This document shows positions 17,247-25,009 of a stretch of DNA of 64,000 bases, piece by piece. How positions within the stretch are numbered: position 1 is the stretch's first letter; each line of letters starts with the position of its first letter. The position numbers and the translations under genes were made by a program. The DNA comes from a virus. Below the pieces are notes generated by a model. The model did no database searches, was not told the DNA's origin, and saw nothing but the letters and a program-made list of their open reading frames with translations. The DNA lies in IMG/VR virus record IMGVR_UViG_3300031227_000013, one strand, 5' to 3'.

Positions 17247-17477
17247 TTAGTGACACGCTATTACCCAGCCCGTTCCTTCTATAAACCGTATATCATGTTC
17301 ACCGTAGTCCTCATCGATATCCCTTACAGTACCTTGATTCTCCTGCATCTTCTGTACGTCGAACTCACAGGGATCTCCTGTACCGCAACCAGTACATAAT
17401 ACCTCGTCCTTCTCATTCAATTGCCCTTTATACTTTATGGGCTGATGCATTCTGTTACTTAAAAGATAATTAGACAT
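17247..17477 (-). CDS. Family A small protein, copy 45
   Basis: LSNRMHQPIKYKGQLNEKD...EGTGWV. Confidence 0.85.
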   Translation of the reverse strand: MSNYLLSNRMHQPIKYKGQLNEKDEVLCTGCGTGDPCEFDVQKMQENQGTVRDIDEDYGEHDIRFIEGTGWVIACH

Positions 17478-17679
17478 TGTTGTAAGGACACCCCCCTTTA
17501 AATACCCAGCCCTCTCCTTTTCTAAATATTATAGGGTAGTGGAACATATTACCTGTATCTCCCTTTATTGTTACCTTATTAAAATGACACGCATGCTCTT
17601 CACACCTACAATTTACTTTATCCCCTGTGTTCAACTGCCCCTTGTGTTTAAGTAGTTGATTCAGATTATTTCTTAGCAT
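17470..17679 (-). CDS. Family A small protein, copy 46 (first in transcription order)
   Basis: LRNNLNQLLKHKGQLNTGD...GEGWVF. Confidence 0.8.
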   Translation of the reverse strand: MLRNNLNQLLKHKGQLNTGDKVNCRCEEHACHFNKVTIKGDTGNMFHYPIIFRKGEGWVFKGGCPYNNV

Positions 17680-17748
17680 ATAAAGCTCCTATGTTTATAG
17701 TTTACTGTAAACTATAAACTAAAAATATTTATAGTTATTGTCTACAGT

Positions 17749-17787
17749 TATTATGCCAATAAAAAGAGTTTTATTAAGTAGCTAAAA
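17749..17787 (-). promoter_or_regulatory. Bipartite promoter-like motif upstream of the family A array
   Basis: Minus strand TAGCTA-CTTAA-N15-TGGCA-TAATA. Confidence 0.7.
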
Positions 17788-18016
17788 GAAGAGACATTTA
17801 CCCTCTCTCTCCTTCCCCACTCGCACTAAGCCCCGTGAGGGACCCTGCTTTTCTCCTTGGCCAAAAGGAGACGGGCTGAGTTTAACTTCACACCTCGTAG
17901 GTGCGGATCCCCGGTACAACAGTGTCTTTCGACATGGAAAGAGTTTTTTACCCATACCCACTAAGTATAGAACCTCGGGATGATCAGTCCGTTGGGTAGA
18001 GATGCTATTCTCTACT
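17788..18016 (-). ncRNA. Candidate ~225-nt structured RNA
   Basis: Lies between a promoter motif (18026-18050) and a terminator-like end; hairpins GTAGAGA/TCTCTAC, TGTC-GAAA-GACA, CACCT/AGGTG and TCTCCTT/AAGGAGA; long-range GGGATCC/GGGTCCC pairing. Confidence 0.45.
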
Positions 18017-18018
18017 AA

Positions 18019-18053
18019 TATATACTGCCAAAAAAACAGCATTAATTAAGTAG
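18019..18053 (-). promoter_or_regulatory. Bipartite promoter-like motif
   Basis: CTTAA-N15-TGGCA-GTATA. Confidence 0.7.
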
Positions 18054-18440
18054 TTTTTTTAGAGATAGTCCTTCCTTCCTCATGTGTTTTGCCTGCCAGG
18101 GATATTCTTTACCTCTGGGGACTACCCCTTTTTGACGCCATTCACATTTAAACTTTATGCATGCATAAGGGCGTCTTTTTTTATACTCAGTACAAATCCC
18201 CCTGACTTTATCGTACTTCAGGCATGTAAAATGGAACGACATCTTATCGCAATTATCTATCGAACGACATCCGACTTTTCTAAAATTTTTCTCCATAAAG
18301 TCAAGATCCTTGTGAATAGCATCCTCCCTAGCATGTTCTGCTTCCCAGTCAGGTTCTTGAGAGGCTGTGCTTATTAGGCTAATACAAAATCTATAACAAC
18401 ACCAGCCCCTACACTCTTTACATACATCTTTTTTATTCAT
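18042..18440 (-). CDS. YkgJ-like cysteine-cluster protein
   Basis: CKECRGWCC...C...C.EY...RPYAC..F.C; start reset to ATG 18440. Confidence 0.65.
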   Translation of the reverse strand: MNKKDVCKECRGWCCYRFCISLISTASQEPDWEAEHAREDAIHKDLDFMEKNFRKVGCRSIDNCDKMSFHFTCLKYDKVRGICTEYKKRRPYACIKFKCEWRQKGVVPRGKEYPWQAKHMRKEGLSLKKLLN

Positions 18441-18621
18441 CGGGCACCTTCTTAATAATACTGGGAATGGCATAACCTACCACTACCATAGCCAGTACGA
18501 TGTTAAACCAACTTCCCTCATAGTTGAAGTTGATTACATCATACTTCATGCAGATGATATTTCCAGCCACTAGAAACCCAGCTAGAAATATCATCAAACT
18601 TGCAATTATTTTATACCACAT
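18433..18621 (-). CDS. Small two-TM membrane protein
   Basis: Two hydrophobic segments in 62 aa. Confidence 0.55.
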   Translation of the reverse strand: MWYKIIASLMIFLAGFLVAGNIICMKYDVINFNYEGSWFNIVLAMVVVGYAIPSIIKKVPDE

Positions 18622-18781
18622 CCGCTACCTGTAGCTTAGCCAGTTGTTTCTTACTCTCTCCAGGTCTTATCTGGAGGACAGAGATTTTCTCTGCCATGGA
18701 TAGCGCTTTCCACTCTGCTAACCGAGCTTCCGCCTCTGTCTTACGGACAGCTTTTGCTGCTGTTCCTTTTCTTGCACTCAT
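18611..18781 (-). CDS. Small basic protein (56 aa, below the ORF-track cutoff)
   Basis: MSARKGTAAKAVRKTEAEARLAEWKALSMAEKISVLQIRPGESKKQLAKL...; AAGGAG RBS, directly downstream of a promoter motif. Confidence 0.6.
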   Translation of the reverse strand: MSARKGTAAKAVRKTEAEARLAEWKALSMAEKISVLQIRPGESKKQLAKLQVADVV

Positions 18782-18818
18782 TCCCTATCTCCTTATGTTA
18801 GGGGTTATTTGTTTCTAG

Positions 18819-18859
18819 TATATAATGCCAACAAAAGGAGTTTTATTAAGTAGCTAAAA
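18819..18859 (-). promoter_or_regulatory. Bipartite promoter-like motif
   Basis: TAGCTA-CTTAA-N15-TGGCA-TTATA. Confidence 0.7.
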
Positions 18860-19006
18860 GAAAGCCCAATACCGGGCTTTCTAATCAGCTAAGCCTGTAG
18901 AGCTCAGCTGTTGCGCCCCTATTTTTTATATTCGGTGAAAAAATAGGGAATAACACCATCTCTATACAGAGGGCCTTCTTCCATGACATAAAGGGATCCT
19001 CATCAG
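18856..19006 (-). ncRNA. Candidate ~150-nt small RNA ending in an intrinsic terminator
   Basis: Starts after a promoter motif; stems CCCTATTTTTT/AAAAAATAGGG and CAGCTGAGC/GCTTAGCTG; terminator AGAAAGCCC-GGTATT-GGGCTTTCT-TTT. Confidence 0.5.
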
Positions 19007-19048
19007 TATATAATGCCAATAAAATGGATTTAATTAAGTAGCTAAAAA
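19007..19048 (-). promoter_or_regulatory. Bipartite promoter-like motif
   Basis: TAGCTA-CTTAA-N15-TGGCA-TTATA. Confidence 0.7.
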
Positions 19049-19070
19049 AGAGTGTCGTACGACACTCTTT
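19043..19070 (-). terminator. Intrinsic terminator after NAMPT
   Basis: AAAGAGTGTC-GTAC-GACACTCTTT plus T run. Confidence 0.8.
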
Positions 19071-19076
19071 AATATA

Positions 19077-20444
19077 TTATAACTTGGCATTCTCTCTGAC
19101 TTCATCGAAAGACATATCCCGCTTCAACTCCCCGTTCTCAAATACTACTTCGAGAAGATCTTCTCCTGAAGTCTGTTGTGAAACGGTGCGGAAAGTCTTG
19201 CCTTCCTTGATAAGCTTAAGTTTCCCGCGCTTACTGACTTTACTTTTGTCAACGGGATCCTTCCAGATATCATGCCAAATACCTTTACGGCGTTGTGCCG
19301 AAGACTTGAAAGCGAACCGCTGTGTATCACGATTAACCTTCTGTAACAGCCCTCCTCCCATACCGAAAACGATACAGTCGGAACTCCACCCATATGACTT
19401 TAGAGTATCCAGGATATGATTGATTCCTTCTTTATCAATCCCATCCCCCCAGAGAACTCCAATATTCGGATGTAGTGCTTTGTAGCCCTTACTGTTCTTA
19501 TAGCTACCAAACTTCTCTGCTAGAAGCTCAACAACTTTAAGGCTAGTACGTACAGGCTCCCCGGAATCCGGGCGAAAAACTACTTTACATTTACCTGTCA
19601 TTATCTTATTACCATATGCCTTGTGTGTATTCTCTATGAACTTTATGTAGTCGTATGAATCAATAACCACACTGAGTATACCTTCAGGATACTTATCAAG
19701 CAAACTTCCCATCATTTCCATCTCTCCGGCTTCCCCGAGAGCGGTCATTATACTGTGCTCAGTAGCTGGAACAGAATAAGCACATACAGGAGCGTTGTAA
19801 TACTCCATAGCAAACTCCAGAGCTTGTATAGTATCTGTGCCCTGGAAGTTTACAAGATGTCCTGCTCCTCCGGATCCTGCACTCTCCACACTGGATACTC
19901 CTCTGAACCCGAAATCATGCAGCATGAAATCAAGACGCTCCATGTTCTCTGAGGTGTTATTCAGATAGTTCTTCATCATCTTCTTACATTCCCGACTCAA
20001 CGTAGCTACTGTAGACGCGTACCACAAGTGCGTCAGCACAGTCTCAATGTATCCAGTTAACCACGGTGATTCGGTGTCAGTGTTCTGAACAGACATCATA
20101 ATATTATCTATGCTTATGGGTGTCCCCTCAGGAACGGCTTTTATGCGTACAGGTAACATGCCTTGATGCTTATCCAGCATGTTCTCCCATCCCTCTCTGT
20201 TGAAAGCTCCGGGACCTAGATGTGTATCTATTACAGCTTGTGCCTGCTGTATCTTACCAGCAGTCAGAACACTCCCTGTGAAGTATTCTTTAAGCAGATA
20301 CTGCAGCCCGAAGAATACAGTATTATTGAATGTCGCACCCTTTCTTGCTTCCATGTAACTGTATACATACTCGGTGCCTTCAGGCAGCATGGAAAAATGC
20401 CCCATTTTATATGAATCTGAAAGTAAACATATGTTATTTTTCAT
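19077..20444 (-). CDS. nadV: Nicotinamide phosphoribosyltransferase (NAMPT)
   Basis: SDSYK, LHDFGFRG, PATEHS, VIDSYD, RPDSG, WGDGI and FGMGGGLLQ motifs; start reset to MKNNICLL at 20444. Confidence 0.95.
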   Translation of the reverse strand: MKNNICLLSDSYKMGHFSMLPEGTEYVYSYMEARKGATFNNTVFFGLQYLLKEYFTGSVLTAGKIQQAQAVIDTHLGPGAFNREGWENMLDKHQGMLPVRIKAVPEGTPISIDNIMMSVQNTDTESPWLTGYIETVLTHLWYASTVATLSRECKKMMKNYLNNTSENMERLDFMLHDFGFRGVSSVESAGSGGAGHLVNFQGTDTIQALEFAMEYYNAPVCAYSVPATEHSIMTALGEAGEMEMMGSLLDKYPEGILSVVIDSYDYIKFIENTHKAYGNKIMTGKCKVVFRPDSGEPVRTSLKVVELLAEKFGSYKNSKGYKALHPNIGVLWGDGIDKEGINHILDTLKSYGWSSDCIVFGMGGGLLQKVNRDTQRFAFKSSAQRRKGIWHDIWKDPVDKSKVSKRGKLKLIKEGKTFRTVSQQTSGEDLLEVVFENGELKRDMSFDEVRENAKL

Positions 20445-20446
20445 TT

Positions 20447-21424
20447 TTATTTTCCCTCTGAAAATTGATTGTTGCCTAATGAAGATGTTTTTAGTCTTCC
20501 TATAACCCATCCGTTATGAGTATATTTAGGTAATTCCAATAGTGAAATCCTTTTAGAACTATCTTTTTCATTATTCATCCATACAGTATTTTTCATCTTT
20601 TTAGATATTTTATCTTTCTGAGACTGTGAAAAAATCTTTCTACCTTTAGTGCCTCCTTTTGCCCAACCCTCTTTTAAATATTCAGATAATTGACTAGAGT
20701 TTATTCTTGTTTGTCTATTATTTTTAGTAATGACTATACATCCTTTTACAGTACCTAAATTTTTTGTATTTATTCTCCCTCTCACCCATCCATCTTCTAA
20801 ATAATTAGTAAGTCGCACACCTTTAGCCATTTTATCAATCCCGTCCTTATTTATCCAAACGGTATTTTTACCCCCCTCTGATATTTTCTGTTTCACCTCA
20901 AGTCCATGAATATGTCCTTTATTTCCAAGCCCTATTTTATCTCTGGTAATTTGGCTATGGGTTTTCCTATGTAAAATAATTCTACCTTTAACCCAGCCCT
21001 TCTCGACATATTTATCCATTTCTTCTTGAACAATACGCCTACAAGTATCCCCTCTCTTTACCCATATCTTTTTTTTGTTTGTCTCAGAAATTTTTAATTT
21101 CCACTCATCATTCTCCTTAAGCATTTTTATATACCTGTCTCGAGCGTATTTATATATATGTGAGTTTGGTCTATCCCCTAAAGACATGCAAAAGCTATTA
21201 AAAGCATATATCAGTTTAAAATTTCCCCTATGTATTTTAACTAATATCCAATGGGCTAGAAAATGTTCTCTTGCTGTGAGTAGAACCAGATTATTTATAT
21301 CATTGGTTCCATTCATACATTTAGGTATAATATGATGACGCTCATAATAGATATCATCATCTATACTTCTGTTAGACTGCTGTGCTTTAGAAATTAAATT
21401 GTTGTATAGTCCTACGTTGTTCAC
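20447..21424 (-). mobile_element. Free-standing HNH homing endonuclease with NUMOD-type repeats
   Basis: YYERHHIIPKCMNG...NLVLLTAREHFLAH; repeated WVN/GWVRGR modules; sits between the two NAD genes; GGAGG RBS with GTG start. Confidence 0.85.
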
Positions 21425-21435
21425 TTAGTACCTCC

Positions 21436-21468
21436 GTGTGTTAGCTTATATCATATAAGCTAACACAC
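21436..21468. promoter_or_regulatory. Perfect 15-bp hairpin abutting the HNH ribosome-binding site
   Basis: GTGTGTTAGCTTATA-TCA-TATAAGCTAACACAC; no T tail after the stem in either direction. Confidence 0.6.
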
Positions 21469-21485
21469 AAAAGATACAATTACAA

Positions 21486-22394
21486 CTATACTATAGAATC
21501 TCCCTCCATTATTAATAATCCCATCCCCAATAGTTTTTCCATTAGCGGACGGTGTACCTCATTGATTTCCTCTACTTTGATATGTGTCATATCAAACCAC
21601 TTCAGCCCGCATATATCATCCATCGGTTTAGGAGAGCCGAATACATACTTGGCTTTAAAGAATGTCGTTACGATATTGTCCTGTTCACCCTTATATCTCC
21701 AATCATCGATAGGCAAGCTGCAGATATATTCCATATCTCCAACTTCCAATCCTGTCTCCTCCAACACCTCTCTGCGGGCATCTACGTCAAAAGACGTCTT
21801 ACCGTCCGCGAAACCCCCTACGAAGCGCCACGTGTCCTCTCCGGGCTTCTGTGCAAGAAGTACCTCATTATCCCTGATTATAGCGATATCCACTGTAGGA
21901 ATACATCTGGGGTATTGATGGTATGCTCTCCATATGACACCCATTCTGAATTCCTGAGAAGAAACTACCTTAGAACTTACCTTCTCCCGCTCCTGAGAAC
22001 CGGAGATATATATCTCAGGCTCCAGCTCTACTACAGGGAAATAACCTGAATAATGCTTAATGAAAGCATCTCTGCCTCCATACAGGGTTACGTTTTCCGC
22101 GGGACTCTTGAGTTTGTTGATCTCTCTGTCCAGGGTTGTAGACCATACTTCGTCGTTACGCATGTCCTGTATATACCCTACAATGATCTCCGGAAATGTC
22201 TGGAGTATCATCTGCTTACGGGCTTCGTAATCTAGAGGGTTGTTCTTTGTCCCGACACATACAGACAGCCCTAGAAATATAATAACCTTATTGTGCTCGT
22301 TCCGGACACTTTGAATTAACTGCTTGTGTCCCTCGTGCAGTTCGGCTACCTGAAACCTACCGACTATTACTCCTACGTTTACTTTTGTTTTCAT
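21486..22394 (-). CDS. nadM: Bifunctional NMN adenylyltransferase / Nudix (ADP-ribose) hydrolase
   Basis: GRFQVAELHEGH (HxGH), NPL, ISGS; Nudix box GGFADG...ARREVLEETG. Confidence 0.92.
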   Translation of the reverse strand: MKTKVNVGVIVGRFQVAELHEGHKQLIQSVRNEHNKVIIFLGLSVCVGTKNNPLDYEARKQMILQTFPEIIVGYIQDMRNDEVWSTTLDREINKLKSPAENVTLYGGRDAFIKHYSGYFPVVELEPEIYISGSQEREKVSSKVVSSQEFRMGVIWRAYHQYPRCIPTVDIAIIRDNEVLLAQKPGEDTWRFVGGFADGKTSFDVDARREVLEETGLEVGDMEYICSLPIDDWRYKGEQDNIVTTFFKAKYVFGSPKPMDDICGLKWFDMTHIKVEEINEVHRPLMEKLLGMGLLIMEGDSIV

Positions 22395-22407
22395 TAATTC
22401 TCCATTG

Positions 22408-22629
22408 TTAAGTCCAGCTAAACGCTTTACCAATCATATCGTTGAGTTGATTTTCAAAATAAGTACCCACATACCTTTCATCACCGCCGTAATTCGGGAC
22501 TTCAAATAGTAAATACATATCGTTACACCTATAACAAACCGCACCTCCATCTTGAAAAGTGTTAAAGTAGCAATGCTCCCCATTCTTTAAGTTCTCTATT
22601 TTTTCAGAGGCTTGTTTTTGTGTTTTCAT
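22408..22629 (-). CDS. Hypothetical protein
   Basis: 73-aa co-oriented ORF. Confidence 0.55.
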   Translation of the reverse strand: MKTQKQASEKIENLKNGEHCYFNTFQDGGAVCYRCNDMYLLFEVPNYGGDERYVGTYFENQLNDMIGKAFSWT

Positions 22630-22811
22630 TTCTTTTCACCGTGTAACGTTTCTCTAATCTCTGTGGCTTTATTGTAGTCCTCTTCAGAATCTTCTCCACA
22701 TAATCTATCACGAATCACTTCAATAGCCATCATCATCTGTACCTTATTGATATATGACTGAGTGCCGAGTTCCTTCTTAAATGAATCAAGTAAATCAGAT
22801 ATTGTTTTCAT
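22626..22811 (-). CDS. Hypothetical protein
   Basis: 61-aa ORF with ATGA overlap. Confidence 0.5.
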   Translation of the reverse strand: MKTISDLLDSFKKELGTQSYINKVQMMMAIEVIRDRLCGEDSEEDYNKATEIRETLHGEKK

Positions 22812-23328
22812 TTCCCTCTCTTATATATACATTACATTCTCTGAGCATTTCCAGAGCAATAGTACAATCCTCTTTCCAACGCTCCGGTATTTCATTTTCA
22901 ACCGTAATAACTTCAACGATTCCAGCCTGAATAATAGCTCTGGCACAATCACAGCACGGTGGTAGACTATTGATGTAAATCTTACACCCTTTTAGTGTCA
23001 TCTCTGCATTATAAATAGCATTACGCTCAGCATGCTCAGTCCACTTATACTTCAATGGACGCTCATACCTCTTCGACATTATATCTGCCAAATGTTGCTT
23101 TACTGCAACTGTATCGACAGAACCATTCTTTTTTTTATGTAGCTTACAGAGCTGTATGTAGGCATCGTTGTCAACCTTATCAATAGCTCCGCGAGGAAAA
23201 CCATTGAAGCCGACACTTCGGACCTTGTTGTCCTGACTGACAATAACAGCCCCAACTTTGGTACTTAAGTCTTTCGACTTCTGTGCGATACAATCACACA
23301 TATTAATAAAAAGATGATCCCACTTCAT
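22795..23328 (-). CDS. dCMP deaminase
   Basis: TKVGAVIV, GFNGFPRG, HAERNA and PCCDC zinc motifs; start reset to MKWDHL at 23328. Confidence 0.9.
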   Translation of the reverse strand: MKWDHLFINMCDCIAQKSKDLSTKVGAVIVSQDNKVRSVGFNGFPRGAIDKVDNDAYIQLCKLHKKKNGSVDTVAVKQHLADIMSKRYERPLKYKWTEHAERNAIYNAEMTLKGCKIYINSLPPCCDCARAIIQAGIVEVITVENEIPERWKEDCTIALEMLRECNVYIREGNENNI

Positions 23329-23568
23329 ACTGTAATTCCTTTCTGTTAAATAAAATATGTTTATAATAGTAATGGTTATTGTTAGCTTTGGTTGGAAGCT
23401 TTTTTCACCCATAGCGTCTTGGTCAGTGATCTGATTATTTTTCTCATGATATCAGGAAACATATCAATCCTCTGTACTATAATCTCTTTTGACCATCTTC
23501 CAACTGCAAGTACCCAGAACAGTACCATCGGTAACATCTTTCGCCTCCTGCCTATTACAAACAAAAAA

Positions 23569-23677
23569 TGGCGAGTAGTGGCGGGATTTATTACCCGCGA
23601 TTCAGTGCCTCTGTTGTCAACCATCAGCAGACACCTTCCCTCCTTCTCAAGAGGAGCCTTTCTTGCATACACTACTC
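23569..23677 (-). tRNA. Non-canonical tRNA-Ser(UGA)-like gene, 109 nt, encoded CCA
   Basis: 8-bp acceptor GAGTAGTG/CACTACTC + G + CCA; anticodon arm CTCCT-CTTGAGA-AGGAG; ~40-nt variable region; T arm GCGGG-TAATAAAT-CCCGC; very short D region. Confidence 0.65.
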
Positions 23678-23683
23678 ATAAAA

Positions 23684-23771
23684 TGGACGGTGCAGGACTT
23701 GTCCGTTAGAACCTGGACTCACCTGCATTCTCCGGTTTAGAGGACCGGTGCTATTATCAGCCAGACCGTCC
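23684..23771 (-). tRNA. tRNA-Arg(UCU)-like gene with an 18-nt insertion in the T loop
   Basis: Acceptor GGACGGT/ACCGTCC + A; anticodon arm CCGGT-CCTCTAA-ACCGG; T stem GCAGG/CCTGC encloses 25 nt including a GTCC/GGAC hairpin. Confidence 0.6.
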
Positions 23772-23781
23772 AAAAACTATA

Positions 23782-24342
23782 CTACTTCCTCGATTTTATT
23801 TTAACCTTGAATTTCGATGGGGTATTATCCGGCCTACACCAGCCCCCTGAACCATCAGGGACTACAGGGAATGGGAAGGTGGTTACTTTATGTTCCGTAT
23901 ATATCGGAGTAACACTCCCGTCACTCTGTACAAAGAGTACCCAGGTTCCATCTGTATTCTTAGAGGAGAATAAGCCATTCGGCTCCGCCTGTTCTATCAC
24001 AGCATCGGCAAGGTGTCTTCCACTATATTTTTGAAGCGGATTTGTCAGGCTTGTATCAACCGGTATCCCATATCCAATCGATACGCCATGAAACTTAGTC
24101 ATGCCTGTGATCGATTCGATGATGGTGTAGGTTGTATACGCCTTGGTTGTCACTACCTCGTAAATCTGGGTATAGACATCCCGTGGAATACTGTGGTCGA
24201 AGAACGGCAACGGGTGCACCTTTCCATACTGCCCCTGCTGCTTGTTAACCAGCTCCTGATCTTTAGCATCACTGCTTTTGTCGTCACACCCAGTTAGAAA
24301 GATAACCTGGATGATGAGTATTAACGCTATAAAACGTTTCAT
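23782..24342 (-). CDS. Lipoprotein
   Basis: Signal peptide with lipobox FLTG-C. Confidence 0.75.
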   Translation of the reverse strand: MKRFIALILIIQVIFLTGCDDKSSDAKDQELVNKQQGQYGKVHPLPFFDHSIPRDVYTQIYEVVTTKAYTTYTIIESITGMTKFHGVSIGYGIPVDTSLTNPLQKYSGRHLADAVIEQAEPNGLFSSKNTDGTWVLFVQSDGSVTPIYTEHKVTTFPFPVVPDGSGGWCRPDNTPSKFKVKIKSRK

Positions 24343-24354
24343 AACTTTACTCCC

Positions 24355-24711
24355 TTATTCGTGATAGTTAATTATTTTTTGAACTTCTGACGGAATGTCT
24401 TTTCCATGCATCTTTTCTCGTTCGATCTTTAGTTTTTCGATGATACATACTTGTTGTGATTTTAGTGCTTCTATTAGTTTTTCAGAATCAGTTTTGGCTA
24501 TCTCAATTTCAAGTCTGTTATATTCAGACGCCAACTGCATCATCTGGGCTGTCTTACCCTCCTTGTAAGGCAACGATTCTTTAACTGCTTCGCGTTCCAG
24601 AGAATACACATACCTCTTGAGATACAGTGCTCCGAAGAACGTACCGACCATAACCGCAATAATTAATATAGCGGCTACACATAGACCAACTACTCGTAGA
24701 AAATTTGCCAC
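24355..24711 (-). CDS. Membrane-anchored coiled-coil protein
   Basis: N-terminal TM helix then helical domain. Confidence 0.7.
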   Translation of the reverse strand: MANFLRVVGLCVAAILIIAVMVGTFFGALYLKRYVYSLEREAVKESLPYKEGKTAQMMQLASEYNRLEIEIAKTDSEKLIEALKSQQVCIIEKLKIEREKMHGKDIPSEVQKIINYHE

Positions 24712-24772
24712 TCTGTACTCCTTTGTTATTTTCCTTTTCTTATAAATGGTTACTGCTCTACCTGTCCAAAAT

Positions 24773-25009
24773 CTATTTCTCAGGTATTTCCCAGTTTACT
24801 ACCTTTGCTCTTGGCTTGGGGGTAATTATTTCGCCCTTAATAATAAGAAGTTTATCTTCCCAGTTCTCAGTGTCGCCGTCTCTTCCTTTTACATCTTTCA
24901 CAAACTCCGGTTCACCATACCGACCTTCATCTAGATTTTTCACTAACTCTTGTTCGGTTACTTCCTTAACAAATGTATCTCCTTCTGAAGTACTAACTAC
25001 ATATATCAT
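24773..25009 (-). CDS. Hypothetical protein
   Basis: 78-aa ORF with RBS. Confidence 0.55.
   Translation of the reverse strand: MIYVVSTSEGDTFVKEVTEQELVKNLDEGRYGEPEFVKDVKGRDGDTENWEDKLLIIKGEIITPKPRAKVVNWEIPEK

Larger units (their letters stand above)
2043..17679 (-). repeat. Tandem array of 46 paralogous small genes (family A: YNxxxQxIx(H/Y)KGQLxxGDxV...FxxGxGW)
   Basis: Motif recurs in 43 ORF-track proteins plus 3 copies found manually; head-to-tail with start/stop overlaps. Confidence 0.95.

Noticed and set aside
2043-17679. Periodic ~210-nt repeats as a CRISPR array or a diversity-generating retroelement
   Set aside because: The repeats are degenerate protein-coding motifs in intact ORFs, not identical direct repeats. 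There are no cas genes, no reverse transcriptase and no adenine-specific template/variable repeat pair in the window.
18990-19006. Hammerhead ribozyme (CTGATGAG on the minus strand)
   Set aside because: No stem II followed by GAAA and no matching cleavage triplet arrangement could be built.
23382-23709. ORFs 23382-23672 (-) and 23392-23709 (+)
   Set aside because: They overlap the two tRNA-like structures and have no recognisable protein features; a shorter ORF from about 23537 may be real but is unsupported.
23725-23750. Amber suppressor or pyrrolysine tRNA (CTCTAAA seen in the loop region) and stop-codon recoding
   Set aside because: The 5-bp stem CCGGT/ACCGG fixes the loop as CCTCTAA (anticodon UCU). 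Long conserved genes are intact in the standard code and TAG is used as a normal stop.
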